A stretch of 63,011 nucleotides of DNA, filler included, from Dirinaria sp. TL-2023a (Eukaryota), in the NCBI GenBank assembly GCA_051941275.1. It is 6 parts of 6 records of this genome, joined end to end, with 100 filler letters (N's around TTAATTAATTAA, not from the genome) between each part and the next. Parts side by side here need not be neighbours in the genome. Positions count along the whole stretch, not along the records: positions 42,143 to 52,538 come from JAVEBF010000943.1; positions 52,639 to 63,011 come from JAVEBF010000944.1; 4 more parts are not named here. One strand, 5' to 3'. The translations under genes were made by a program, and so were the position numbers. Below the pieces are notes generated by a model. The model was not told the DNA's origin and made no database searches. It saw nothing but the letters and a program-made list of their open reading frames with translations. Positions 50,331 to 60,614 of this stretch are shown here, in pieces (the stretch's first letter is position 1; each line of letters begins with the position of its first letter).

Positions 50331-51370
50331 TTCTGGCGTACAATCCAAGTCAACCGCGTGTGCGATACGACAGACAACAACCTAATTGCTGCGAGTGATT
50401 GCACGTTTGTATAGCGTAAAGAAAAACAAAATCCGGAAAGGATCGGTCAGAGATTCGGTTGCGCTTATCATCCTGGCGCGGTTGTCACGATTTTAGATCA
50501 TTCGACACTTCTTCGCATAAAAGTTGTGGTCGCAAGATCTGTTTGACTAACCAAGGACAGGCACAGTGAACACCTTGGCATTATTGCGCATTATTATGAC
50601 GAACGGAGGGACTTTCGCCAATAGAAAGTCTAAATCCTTTAGAGTCATGGTGGAGCTCATTTTTCTAAGCTTGACCTGACTGAGTTGAGTCTCTGCAGTA
50701 ATTGGTTTGCTGTCTGCGTTCATTATTCATGTGCAAACAACTGTCTCCGGCTAAGATTGAGCGTTCAAGTATGGAACGTCTTGGATAGACCCTGGGTTTG
50801 GTGTATCTTTTGAGTATCCATAGCAGCCTTGCCCTGGGAAACTTATTAGATAAACATTATTCTGAGATCTCTGAACGATGAGCGACTGATTTATCATATT
50901 AGGATCTAAGCGAACTCTAGATCAACTCGTTTCGTTGTACACTGCAGACGATATCGCAGATAGACAGGAATCGTATCGCATCGCGGGCAAATTGTGTACC
51001 GCATGCAGTGATGGTTCACGTATCTTTACAGAATGTCTGGAACCCTGATGTCAGGTACAGGTCGAAAGATCTGATTTGAGCGGAACAAACATCTTTTCGG
51101 AGAATAAACTGCATACATTCGTGCGACTAAATGTTCCTGCACTAGCAATGTTTCGCATCAGATTCCTCAATCTAAGATCTCGAATAGCGTTTCGCGTGGG
51201 ATGGGTTGGTTTTTGTCCCATGGAGACACCCAATGCTTGGTTGTTTTGTCAACCTTTAGAGCGTTACATCGGGTTCTCGCCATTGGTATAAGAGGGGACT
51301 ATGCTTGCGCGATCTCCATGGATCGTCGGTTCCTCAGAGATCGCCCGGTGCAGCGGAGATCAAAGTAGAG

Positions 51371-52070
51371 ATGTTTGCTAACTCGCTGCTGGTCAGCGCC
51401 TCCATCTTGGTACTTTTCACGACCTCTGGTCTTGCGCAGTGGGTATTGAGTCCGATCACTAGCGTATAATTGACTGACCTGCTACAGAGGTGTCAATCAT
51501 GCCAACGCCCATCGTGGGTGGTTCCTAGGAGGAGGACCTTATTTCTGCGGGACCGACGCCGACGGAAACGGTCCAGAGTTTCTCGCTGCTGTACTGAATC
51601 CACAATGCGGAGCCACAATCTGGGTCAAGAACACGGGAACATTCGGTCCGTCGGTGGATAACGGAATTGGAAGTTGCATCGAAGCCAAGCTCGTTGATCA
51701 AGAAGGCGGTGGATCTGTGGATTTGAACCCTGCTGCATGGAGTGCTTTGACCAATTCCCCGGATGGACAAGTGACCGTCGAATGGGGTTATGGGAGCTGT
51801 TCTGGAGGGACTGCTTCCCCACCACCTTCTGACCCACGCCCCGCAGCAACCGAAGCGCCCGCTCCATCCGAACCGCCCTTCTCCGCGCCCATGCAGGGTT
51901 GTACTGTGCAGGCGAACGAGCAATGTGGAGGGCAGGACTTCACTGGATGTACCACTTGCTCAGATGGAATGCAGTGTACCTTCTTCAATACTTGGTGGTC
52001 GGACTGCAAGCCACCAGGCTTTGTTGTCAGTAGAGCTAGAAGAGCTATCGCCAGTGTTCAAAAGCCTTGA
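51371..52070 (+). CDS. Secreted RlpA-like double-psi beta-barrel (loosenin/expansin-like) protein with C-terminal CBM1
   Basis: Signal peptide MFANSLLVSASILVLFTTSGLAQ, intron, then PYFCG...AAV..PQCGATIWVKN...AKLVDQ...VDLNPAAWSAL....VTVEW, a Pro-rich linker and CBM1 QCGGQDFTGCTTCSDGMQCTFFNTWWSDC. Confidence 0.85.
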
Positions 52071-52431
52071 AGAAGTCTAGTCTGCTTTGTTTCGAACTAT
52101 GACCTGAACTCCCGATATTCTAAAGGGGATAACACTTTCTTTGTGCAAACAGAAGGGTTCAGAGTATTGATTCTTGTCAAGGGCTGGGCTGGGATCTATC
52201 CATAGATAGAGGTTAACGAGGTTTTATTACTAGATGGACTTAGATCTATGTACTGAGTACTATGCAAGACGAAAGACAGGGAAAGAAGAAGGGGAATGGG
52301 GTTGTCCTGGAATATAACATTAGCAACCCCTATAGCCGCATACGCGACCCGTAGGAGGCTTGGCAAGCTTGGCTAAAGGACTGTGCAACTTAGCACCATG
52401 ACAATATTGCTCAAATGAGTATTTCGCATTC

Positions 52432-52538
52432 TAGGGTTAGGGTTAGGGTTAGGGTTAGGGTTAGGGTTAGGGTTAGGGTTAGGGTTAGGGTTAGGGTTAG
52501 GGTTAGGGTTAGGGTTAGGGTTAGGGTTAGGGTTAGGG
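52432..52538 (+). repeat. Telomeric repeat (TTAGGG)n, chromosome end
   Basis: ~17 perfect TTAGGG units running to the contig end, G-strand oriented 5'->3' outward. Confidence 0.97.
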
Positions 52539-52638
52539 NNNNNNNNNNNNNNNNNNNNNNNNNNNNNNNNNNNNNNNNNNNNTTAATTAATTAANNNNNN
52601 NNNNNNNNNNNNNNNNNNNNNNNNNNNNNNNNNNNNNN
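52539..52638. other. Artificial contig spacer
   Basis: 44N-TTAATTAATTAA-44N. Confidence 0.98.
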
Positions 52639-52690
52639 GAGGAGGAGGAGGAGGAAGAGGAGGAGGAGTAGGAGGAGGATGAGAAGGATG
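52639..52690. repeat. (GAG)n low-complexity tract at the contig start
   Basis: Read directly. Confidence 0.85.
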
Positions 52691-53739
52691 GGGGTGAAGG
52701 AGTCAGCGGTGTGGAAAAGTAAAGTAATAATAATAATAAGTCGCAAGGTAATAAGTTACTTTAAGGTCAGGTAGGGCAAGGCAGGTAATAAGTTAATAAA
52801 GGTAAGGTACCTAGGTAAGGTAGGAGCGAGTTGGACTGCAGTGTGTAAAGTAATACGAAACAGTGCAACTACCGTCAGATGAGGTGGTACTCGTACGGTG
52901 TTAATGTTCTGTCATGGACCTTCTTACCTTCTCACTTCACTCTCCTCTACCTTACCTTGAGGTATTAAATTCTTCCATGTACTTTATGTCCAGGTCACAC
53001 TCTGACTCTGCTCTGACTCTGGTTTAGCGGATACGGAGGTACGACTGAGGGTGGATAGTGGATACGGGACAGATGGGAGACCTCGTGGCAAGCAGGGATA
53101 ATCATCGTCAAGGCTGGCTGGGGTGGGCTGCCACGACTCCACTCCGGTCACCCTGAAGGGCACGGTATCGCAGCGACGACGCAGCTACTCGACTAGTGCT
53201 TCACCGAAAGCCAGGTAGGATGACTAGGCTCACCAATCATCTCCCGCCATCTTGTTAACTGGCTTGTTCGCGTACCTCCGCAACCCCCCCTGCCTCTTCG
53301 CCCATCGCGATCTGGATGCTGAACCCTACCGCATTATATTATTTTCTTCTCCTTGACTTTACTAAAGTACTCTTTGCTATTACTCGTACATACGGAGTTA
53401 CTTGTCCCGACCTCTTAATTAGCTTTCGAAGGATCCCACCTGGCCTGTGCGGCCACGTTTTCAGGGGGGTCAACCCAATTTCCTTCCGCCCCCTCGGTTT
53501 CATGTTCCCAATGGCCCAATCATACCTTGCAGTAATACTTAATAACGATAATCCTTTAGAATTAGTCATGCTCATGATCCTCTCTGCCTTAAGAGTCAAC
53601 CTTCTATCTGCCGTAAGAGGGAAGAGAGGGAACGGGAAAGGATCGGGCACCTGTCCAAGTTGAGTATGTACGAGTACCTAGTACCTACGTACCGTATGTA
53701 CGCATGGCGACTTACGCATGGCGTGTAGCGCCTAGAGTG

Positions 53740-53944
53740 TACGGAGGTTGACGCCATAATTCCTGGCTAGCGTCATGTACGCCAAGACCAGTCGTCCAGG
53801 TAACTACAGGTAGACTTTGTAGAGCCTGGGTAGCAAATTGGAACGCTCAGGTGATAATATTAGGTGGTCCCTTAGGCGACTTTCAGTTGACCCCACCTGT
53901 AGCATTGACCGCGCTAGCCAGGATTTATGGCGTCGACCTCCGTA
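53740..53944. mobile_element. MITE with TA flanks and ~31-bp TIRs
   Basis: TA-CGGAGGTTGACGCCATAATTCCTGGCTAGCG ... CGCTAGCCAGGATTTATGGCGTCGACCTCCG-TA (2 mismatches); no coding capacity. Confidence 0.82.
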
Positions 53945-54472
53945 TGTAAGGCACATACTGTAAGTATCTGTTCAACATCGACCGCCCCTCTGGATGGATG
54001 AATGCGAATAATAATAATAATTTCAACCTGACCCTCACATCATTCGGGCCTACATATTATTATAAATTGGTGTTCAGGCTAAACAGTACTCGGATGTCCA
54101 TCGGACACTATTAATACCTAAGGTACTGTACTCTGTGCTTGCCACGAGTTGAGGAAGTAGTAATAATATGTCTTGCAGTAGCGTAGCCGCCATCTTTCCC
54201 CATCCGGGCCTGGGTATCTGCCCTTCTGCGAGTTTCCTAAAGCTCCAAACAATAGTAGCATGCAACGAGCCTGCAATAACAATAATACTAATACTACCCA
54301 TCACTGCTGAGTGCTGGCTCGCTGTTTCTGCAAAGTCTGCACGTCATCACCCTCTGCCCGCTGCAGGTCGGAACACGGCGCGCTGCGGTTGGGGACCCTG
54401 TTGCTCGTGGATTGTACATATTAACCTGCATCCATCCGCTTACTGCGGTTCCGGCAAGGACCCACAGCCCAA

Positions 54473-57155
54473 TCATCGTCTCTGGGAAAGCCACTCATTC
54501 GCCTCGTCCCACATCTTCCGATCTGGCACCTCCTGGCCCGCTGTCGTCACGCCCTTGTAGACCTAGCTGCCCCGTCAGCGGGTCATACTCTACGGGTTTC
54601 GTAAATGCAGAGTCTGGTGCTCTTACCGCATCCCACAATTGCAAGGCATCTTGGAGGCTGCCGAGGAAGTCCCCATTTGCAACCCACCCTGTAGCAAGAT
54701 GCTTCTGCTGTTCTCGGGTCGTCTCTGCCGTTGGAGTGTCTTTACCGTTGAGTTCGTCGAGGTAGTTCATCACCACTACCCCAAGCGCGCAAGAGTGTTC
54801 TTCATACAGTGGCAGACTACCCAAGTCAGCGGATATAATCCTGGAACAGATGAAACAGAGGGGTCTACCTGAAAGCAAGATCCACCCAATCATCACGCGC
54901 TCGATCTACATGTCCTTTGAGAAACATGGTGGCCAGGCTGATCTCCAACGAGTCACGAAGACTGCGATGCAGCGTCGAGGCGATCGAGTGATAAGCGAGG
55001 AGATGGCGACTCAGTGGTCCGCGATAGCCCCTGCTTTGGTGACGCAATCTTCCCAAGGAGGCAACGCGCGACACCAGCATACAGTTACGCTTGTCGAGCT
55101 CTATCACCTGTGAGCCCAAGAACGTGAGTATTGGTCGAGCGTGGGGGATACGAACCGGAACCATGCACCGGCGCCCCAGAGTAGCCAGCGAACATGGTAT
55201 CCGCGTTGAGAAGGTTCAAGCGTAGGAGCTCGATGGCCACAAGAGCGGCTTCTTCCTGATCTTTGTTCGACCCCGTCACTAAAAGCGAAGCCTCCAATAC
55301 CTTGCCCCAATGAGCCAATTGATGCTTTTTGTTGACGTATCCGCGGAGCTGGAGGAAACGCCATATTGCGTTCGACGTGACTTCATGCCGGGTTTTTAGC
55401 AGCTACAGGTCGTTAGCCGAAGCCTACGAGATCGTGAGAGTAACGTACCCTGTCCTCGTGATTGGCCTTTGTAGTGATGGTTCTTGTAGCGAACGAAGTA
55501 TCAGCTAAGCTGCGGATAGCGAAGCAAAAGGTACCAGGAACAAGCTGATCAGCATTGGTCTATATCAATAAATCGTTAGATGTGAGCCTTTGCGCCGTAA
55601 CAACACAGATCCATACCTCTAGAACCCGCCGCTGTTCCACTATTGTATCTGCTCTGACATTCCACGCGGAAATCTCATTCTCTCGTGAGGGAAGCAGGTT
55701 TTTGATTGCAATATTGACCTCAGAATCTGGCTCGAACCACAGCTTTGTAGTTACGTCCCGTGCCCTCTGATAGTAAAAGTTCAACGATTCTGCAAGAAGC
55801 GCAAGTGTCTCTTCCCGTAGTGGACGAAGCTGTGCCTTGACCAGATTCCGGTACACTGGACTATCTCCACCATCAAAAGGGGCTGCAATGGCAACTGTAC
55901 CCGAATTAAGCGCTCCTAAAAAGCTGGGGCGCAACATACTCCGGAATAAGTACATGTTCAGCTCCTCTGGTAATCGATAGCCGACGCAGGCATGAACGTC
56001 TGTCGGAGCAGAATTCTTATTGAGCGGCTCTACATCGCCTTCCTTGGTAATGACGGGGTGAAACCTAACGCTTGTCATGGCTCGCTTGTACCTATCCATG
56101 TAATTCAATTTTTCGACGAGCGGATCTGCTGAATGATGGGCACACAATCGTACCACGCTGCGACCATGTGCCATGATGAGATTCACCACGTCCCGGAAGG
56201 TGTGACCCTTGGGAAATAATGCCGGATTATGTAGAGGTGGGAAGGAGCCAAGCAAGAAGGTAGAACCCGATAACAAGCAAGCGTCCTGAAAAACCTCAAT
56301 GGGTATCCGACCCAAGTCCTCTAAGCAGCTCTTCCGATCAATCCAGAAAAAACGGGAAGTGGCTAGCTCAAATTCTGTTCTTTTGATCGGGTAGCCGTTC
56401 TCAATGAGCTCGTGAGGTTTCTGAACGAGGTCGAACTTTGTGATGAGCTTGTCAATGCCGAACAGGAAAAGTTCCGAGGGGCCGTACACCGCGTCGATGA
56501 ATTGATCAGGGTGCTTCTCGTAATATACAAGCTATAAGAATATCAGCAGAATGAAAGATATTTAATCTTCTAAGAGTACCTGAGGCAGAGCACTGTAAGG
56601 TGCAACTGTAAATGGCACATCATGCTCATGCAGGACTTTCTTCAAGAACGGGACTAGCTGCGCTGGAGTGGGGACACCTAGAGGAAAATCAGAGCCCAGT
56701 ATGCGGCGAGGTGGTATCATGTGTTTTACCCGAAGTCCGGAAGATTTTGATGGCGTCTTGTGCCTGGTCTTGTTCATAAGTCTCAAATGCATGGGCATGG
56801 ATGTCGGCAGCACGAGTTGAGCGAACGAACGGATCTTCCTTGGATCCAAAATCCAGGCCATTGAATACGAAATGCAGTTGTACTCCGGAGGATCGTAAAT
56901 TGTCTAAGTCATTCTTAATGTTGTGTTCAAGGCTGAGCGGGAAGCCGCCCAAAGCAGACAACAGAGGTTCTCTATGGGCGACCAGTAGCGTCGCTAGATA
57001 GTAGATTGCATCTACCCCAATCATGCTACCTTTCAGACAAGAAAGAGGCATTGCCTGAGTAAGCCGCTGGGAAACCCATGCTTCAAGTACTTGTGCTGCA
57101 GCGCGGACGGTTAGAGTTTGGGTCGGTGCTATCTAAAGCGTGACTCACTGCGCAT
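54473..57155 (-). CDS. MKT1: MKT1-like XPG/PIN-domain post-transcriptional regulator, multi-exon
   Basis: GVDAIYYL..EPLLSALGGFP, LHFVFNGLD, FTVAPYSALPQL, YGPSELFLFGIDKLIT, VGYRLPEELNMYL, C-terminal WDEANEWLSQRR*. Confidence 0.88.
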
Positions 57156-58573
57156 GACGGTGGTAGGTGAATTGAATACTGGCTTCGAACGAGAGCAACG
57201 ACAGGCATAAGATTATCAGAAATCTTGTGCAATGCGTTGGCAGCAGGCTTTTGGTTCTTTGTCACGAGCCGTAAGCCAGCCCAGCTTGAGGTAGTGAGGG
57301 TACATTCAACACTCTAATTTTGTGGAAATCGCAGCAATTCATTTGAACGAAATGCTCGGGGCTACTATTAGTAGCTTCGCCGGAGTTCGAGGTATCAGAA
57401 GTATGATACTACCATAGTACTTTAATTCACCTACTCAGTAGGTTTGAGGCGCTCTAAAGTAAATGGCAGTAGGTATGTAGCTTAGCTCGCCTAAGGTAAG
57501 GTCATGTAAGGTAAGCAAGGTACGATAGGTAATAATAATGTAGACATGTACGAGCAGATGTAAGGTACGTCGTATCTCGTACCTTGGGCAAGGAGAGCTA
57601 GCCCCGAGCGGGCCGCAGTTGGCGCGGGCGTGTTGCAAAATTCTGGACCCTGAAAATTCTTCTCCGCACCTTTCTGTATGCAGGTCTAGGTAACAACTTT
57701 TGACCGAAACCGTATTCAGTTGACTGAATTTGAACCTTCGAAATCACTAGTATACACAATCCCTGGTGTTGATATACTACTTGCTTGTCATCATCGATCT
57801 TGGTTTGACTCGAGGAGTTACAAGTACCTTGTGATAAAACACGGGATGTATTACTTCAGAGATAGTGTCGGTGGATATATGTTTGAAGGCGGTTATGAAC
57901 CATTTTAGCAGGATTTATGGGCTTGTTCAAGCGTGCAGAATACGCATGAGATGATAGTTACATGTGCTGACGATGGAGATTACACTGGAACATGCGTTTG
58001 TAGTATACACTGCTTTTCAACTGAAATTACATGACCCAAATGCTCATAAAACCGTGTAATAATTGTTCTTCCCCTTTTGTGCTCAAAATCAGTCAATCGG
58101 GTACTGTGTACATGAAAAGGATGTTATCTGACACGGGCATGAAACTGCGCGCATGGAAGGAAGGGAAGAGTTTTCAGGTACGGGGTTTTGCGGCACTTCT
58201 GCACACGCCAAAACGATAATAATTTCTGTAAGCCTTGTCCCGGCGAGCCCCCGTCTGCAGTACTTTACGTGTGCTCTTACTTCAGGTACGTTGCCCCGCT
58301 TGACACATTCGTCAGATAGGTACTGTAGAGAAAGAATGCGTGACTGGGCCGGCGTAGCTGCAGCCGAAGATCTCATACCATGACAACATGAGCTCTCGCT
58401 AGCATCCGGAACACCATCATGGTATAATCAGGTTTAGGTTTCCTAACCACCGTATTGAAGAGTGTATAAGACACATATTATTTGCTTTGTGAGCTCCGAG
58501 TCAGGTTTGTCCTACGATCAGAAAGACCTTGTATAAAGCCGGGGTTTTTGCTTCATTGGTCAAGAGGCCCAGT

Positions 58574-60007
58574 ATGAATAATATCCATACCAACCACGCC
58601 GATATCCCCGTCATCGACATTTCTAAGCCGAACGAACAAGTTGGCCATGAATTGATCGCAGCCGCGGTGAAATGGGGTTTCGTCTATGTTCATGGCGGAG
58701 TCGGGTTCACGTCTAGAATCATTGATGAGATGTTCGAAATAGTCAGCTGCATCCGCCATTTCACAGCGTCCTAAGCCGTGTACTGAAGTCAAACCTAGTC
58801 TCACGAGTTTTTCGCCTCTCCAGTGCAAGAGAAGGCAGAATGTCATATCAGTCCGAAGGTAGCAAGTTCCCACCAATCCTTCTTGCAGAAGTAGCTCTGT
58901 CCTGACGAATTCCAGAACCGGGGCTGGTCTTCTATGCGGTCAGAGGTATTAGATCAGGAGCATCAGAAGGTTTACATCACTCCGCGTTACCAGCAGACTG
59001 GAGCTAGCTACTGAATAGTGTCCTAGCGAGGCGATTGCAAAGAGTTATTATTTCAGTGATACATGTAATCCGGGGCTGAAAACTGATCTGTCACAACAGA
59101 GCATTCAACTTCGGCGAATTCATTGACGGCAAAGCTCAGCAACCTCTGCCTAATGCACTGAAGCCGCACGAGTCGGTCATTGGACGGTTCTCTAATCTGT
59201 CTCATGATCTTTGCATCAAGCTTCTACAGCTCTTTGCAATTGGCCTGAAGGTCCATTTCTCAAAGTTTGCTCCCACTTGTAGACCGCTGACGTAGAGACA
59301 GATTGATACCAAGCACGGTGGCATGGACTGGTTCTCTTCTCGTCATGACCAGACCAAAGGCCCTTCCGGCACTATTCTCCGTCTTCTCTACGTAATGCAT
59401 CCCGCACCTACCGGCACTAAGGTATTGCAATTGACCAAATACAGTATCCCCACATTGCGGCAAACGCCTTCAGCTATGACGCTTCTACAGACATACGTGC
59501 AGGCGCACACAGCGACTATGGTACGTGTAGACCTTGTATGACCCGTTGCACCAGCGGTTTATGAGAAGATTCACGCTCAAAGCCCCATCAGGCACCCTGA
59601 CACTCCTATTTCAACGGCCGAAGCAACCTGGGCTCGAAATCCTCACGCCAGCCTCAGCTTGGTCTCCTGTGCCTGTCTTCCCACCAGGTACAGGGACTGA
59701 TAGCTTCCCGCCAATCCTTGTCAACATAGGGGATCTGTTGAGTTACTGGACTAATGGTTTGTTGAAAAGTACTGTGCACAGGGTGGTGTTTCCTAACGGT
59801 GGCGGAGACGACCGTTACAGCATCGCCTACTTTTGCCATCCAGTGGATAACGCAACTTTGGTGCCAGTCCCGAGCGATTTAGTTTCCAATCAAAGTACTG
59901 GCAGAAGGAGAACTGAAGATGAGCTGCTCACCGCAGCTCAACATCTGAAGAAAAGGCTCGCAGCTACATACGGATGGGGAAAGGAAGATGGACCAGATGG
60001 CGAGTAA
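58574..60007 (+). CDS. 2-oxoglutarate/Fe(II)-dependent dioxygenase (IPNS/DIOX_N family), 8 exons
   Basis: IPVIDIS, WGFVYV, NRGWS, DCKEAFN, LRLLYYP, RAGAHSDYGTLTLLFQ (HxD), LVNIGDLLSYWTNG.LKSTVHRV, RYSIAYF. Confidence 0.92.
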
Positions 60008-60614
60008 AGGGCTGATACGATCGACCTGGGCCCGGTTTGCGCAACGCCAGACGATGGCTTAGAACATGGATCACTTGAAAACGTAGTACCCGAAATGTCA
60101 TTGCGTGCTTCTTTCCTAGGTACAGAGAAACCCATGATTAAAGGAATTATTGCGTGAGAAGTATAGCACCGAGTCCTTACCGTCAAACGAATAATGCTCG
60201 TCGAACAAACCAATAAAAGGAAGTGTATATGGAGTGAGAACGATGAACATGCAGTGATGAAAGGCTAAGCATGCTGAAAGAAGCTGTTGCTACAGGATGA
60301 TGGCAGGCGCACGCAAGGAAGCTAAGCCAACAATCAATGTAAAAGAAACGCCATGTGGACACGAACTCGCTATGGATTTCTAACATGGTCTGTCGTAACA
60401 TTGAGGTCGAATCTGAAATCGTGTCACGTAAACTTTCGCCTACCATGCGCTAACGACTGTAAGATATAGAACGATGAATAAGGTATCTCGTGGTTGCATG
60501 GAAAGGAGCCAAAAGGCCCTTGTCAGTGACGCCGGTAAGATACCAATGCCGCTAAATGCGTAAAACAATATATACGACGGAATTAAGAATAAAGCGTGCA
60601 AGAAAAATGACCGT

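Noticed and set aside
53316..53663. 115-aa and 103-aa ORFs on opposite strands between the MITEs
   Set aside because: TpA-rich degenerate sequence without identifiable transposase motifs; cannot be assigned.
60250..60330. Box C/D snoRNA (TGATGA...CTGA)
   Set aside because: No terminal D box, stem or recognisable rRNA guide; it lies between convergent 3' UTRs.
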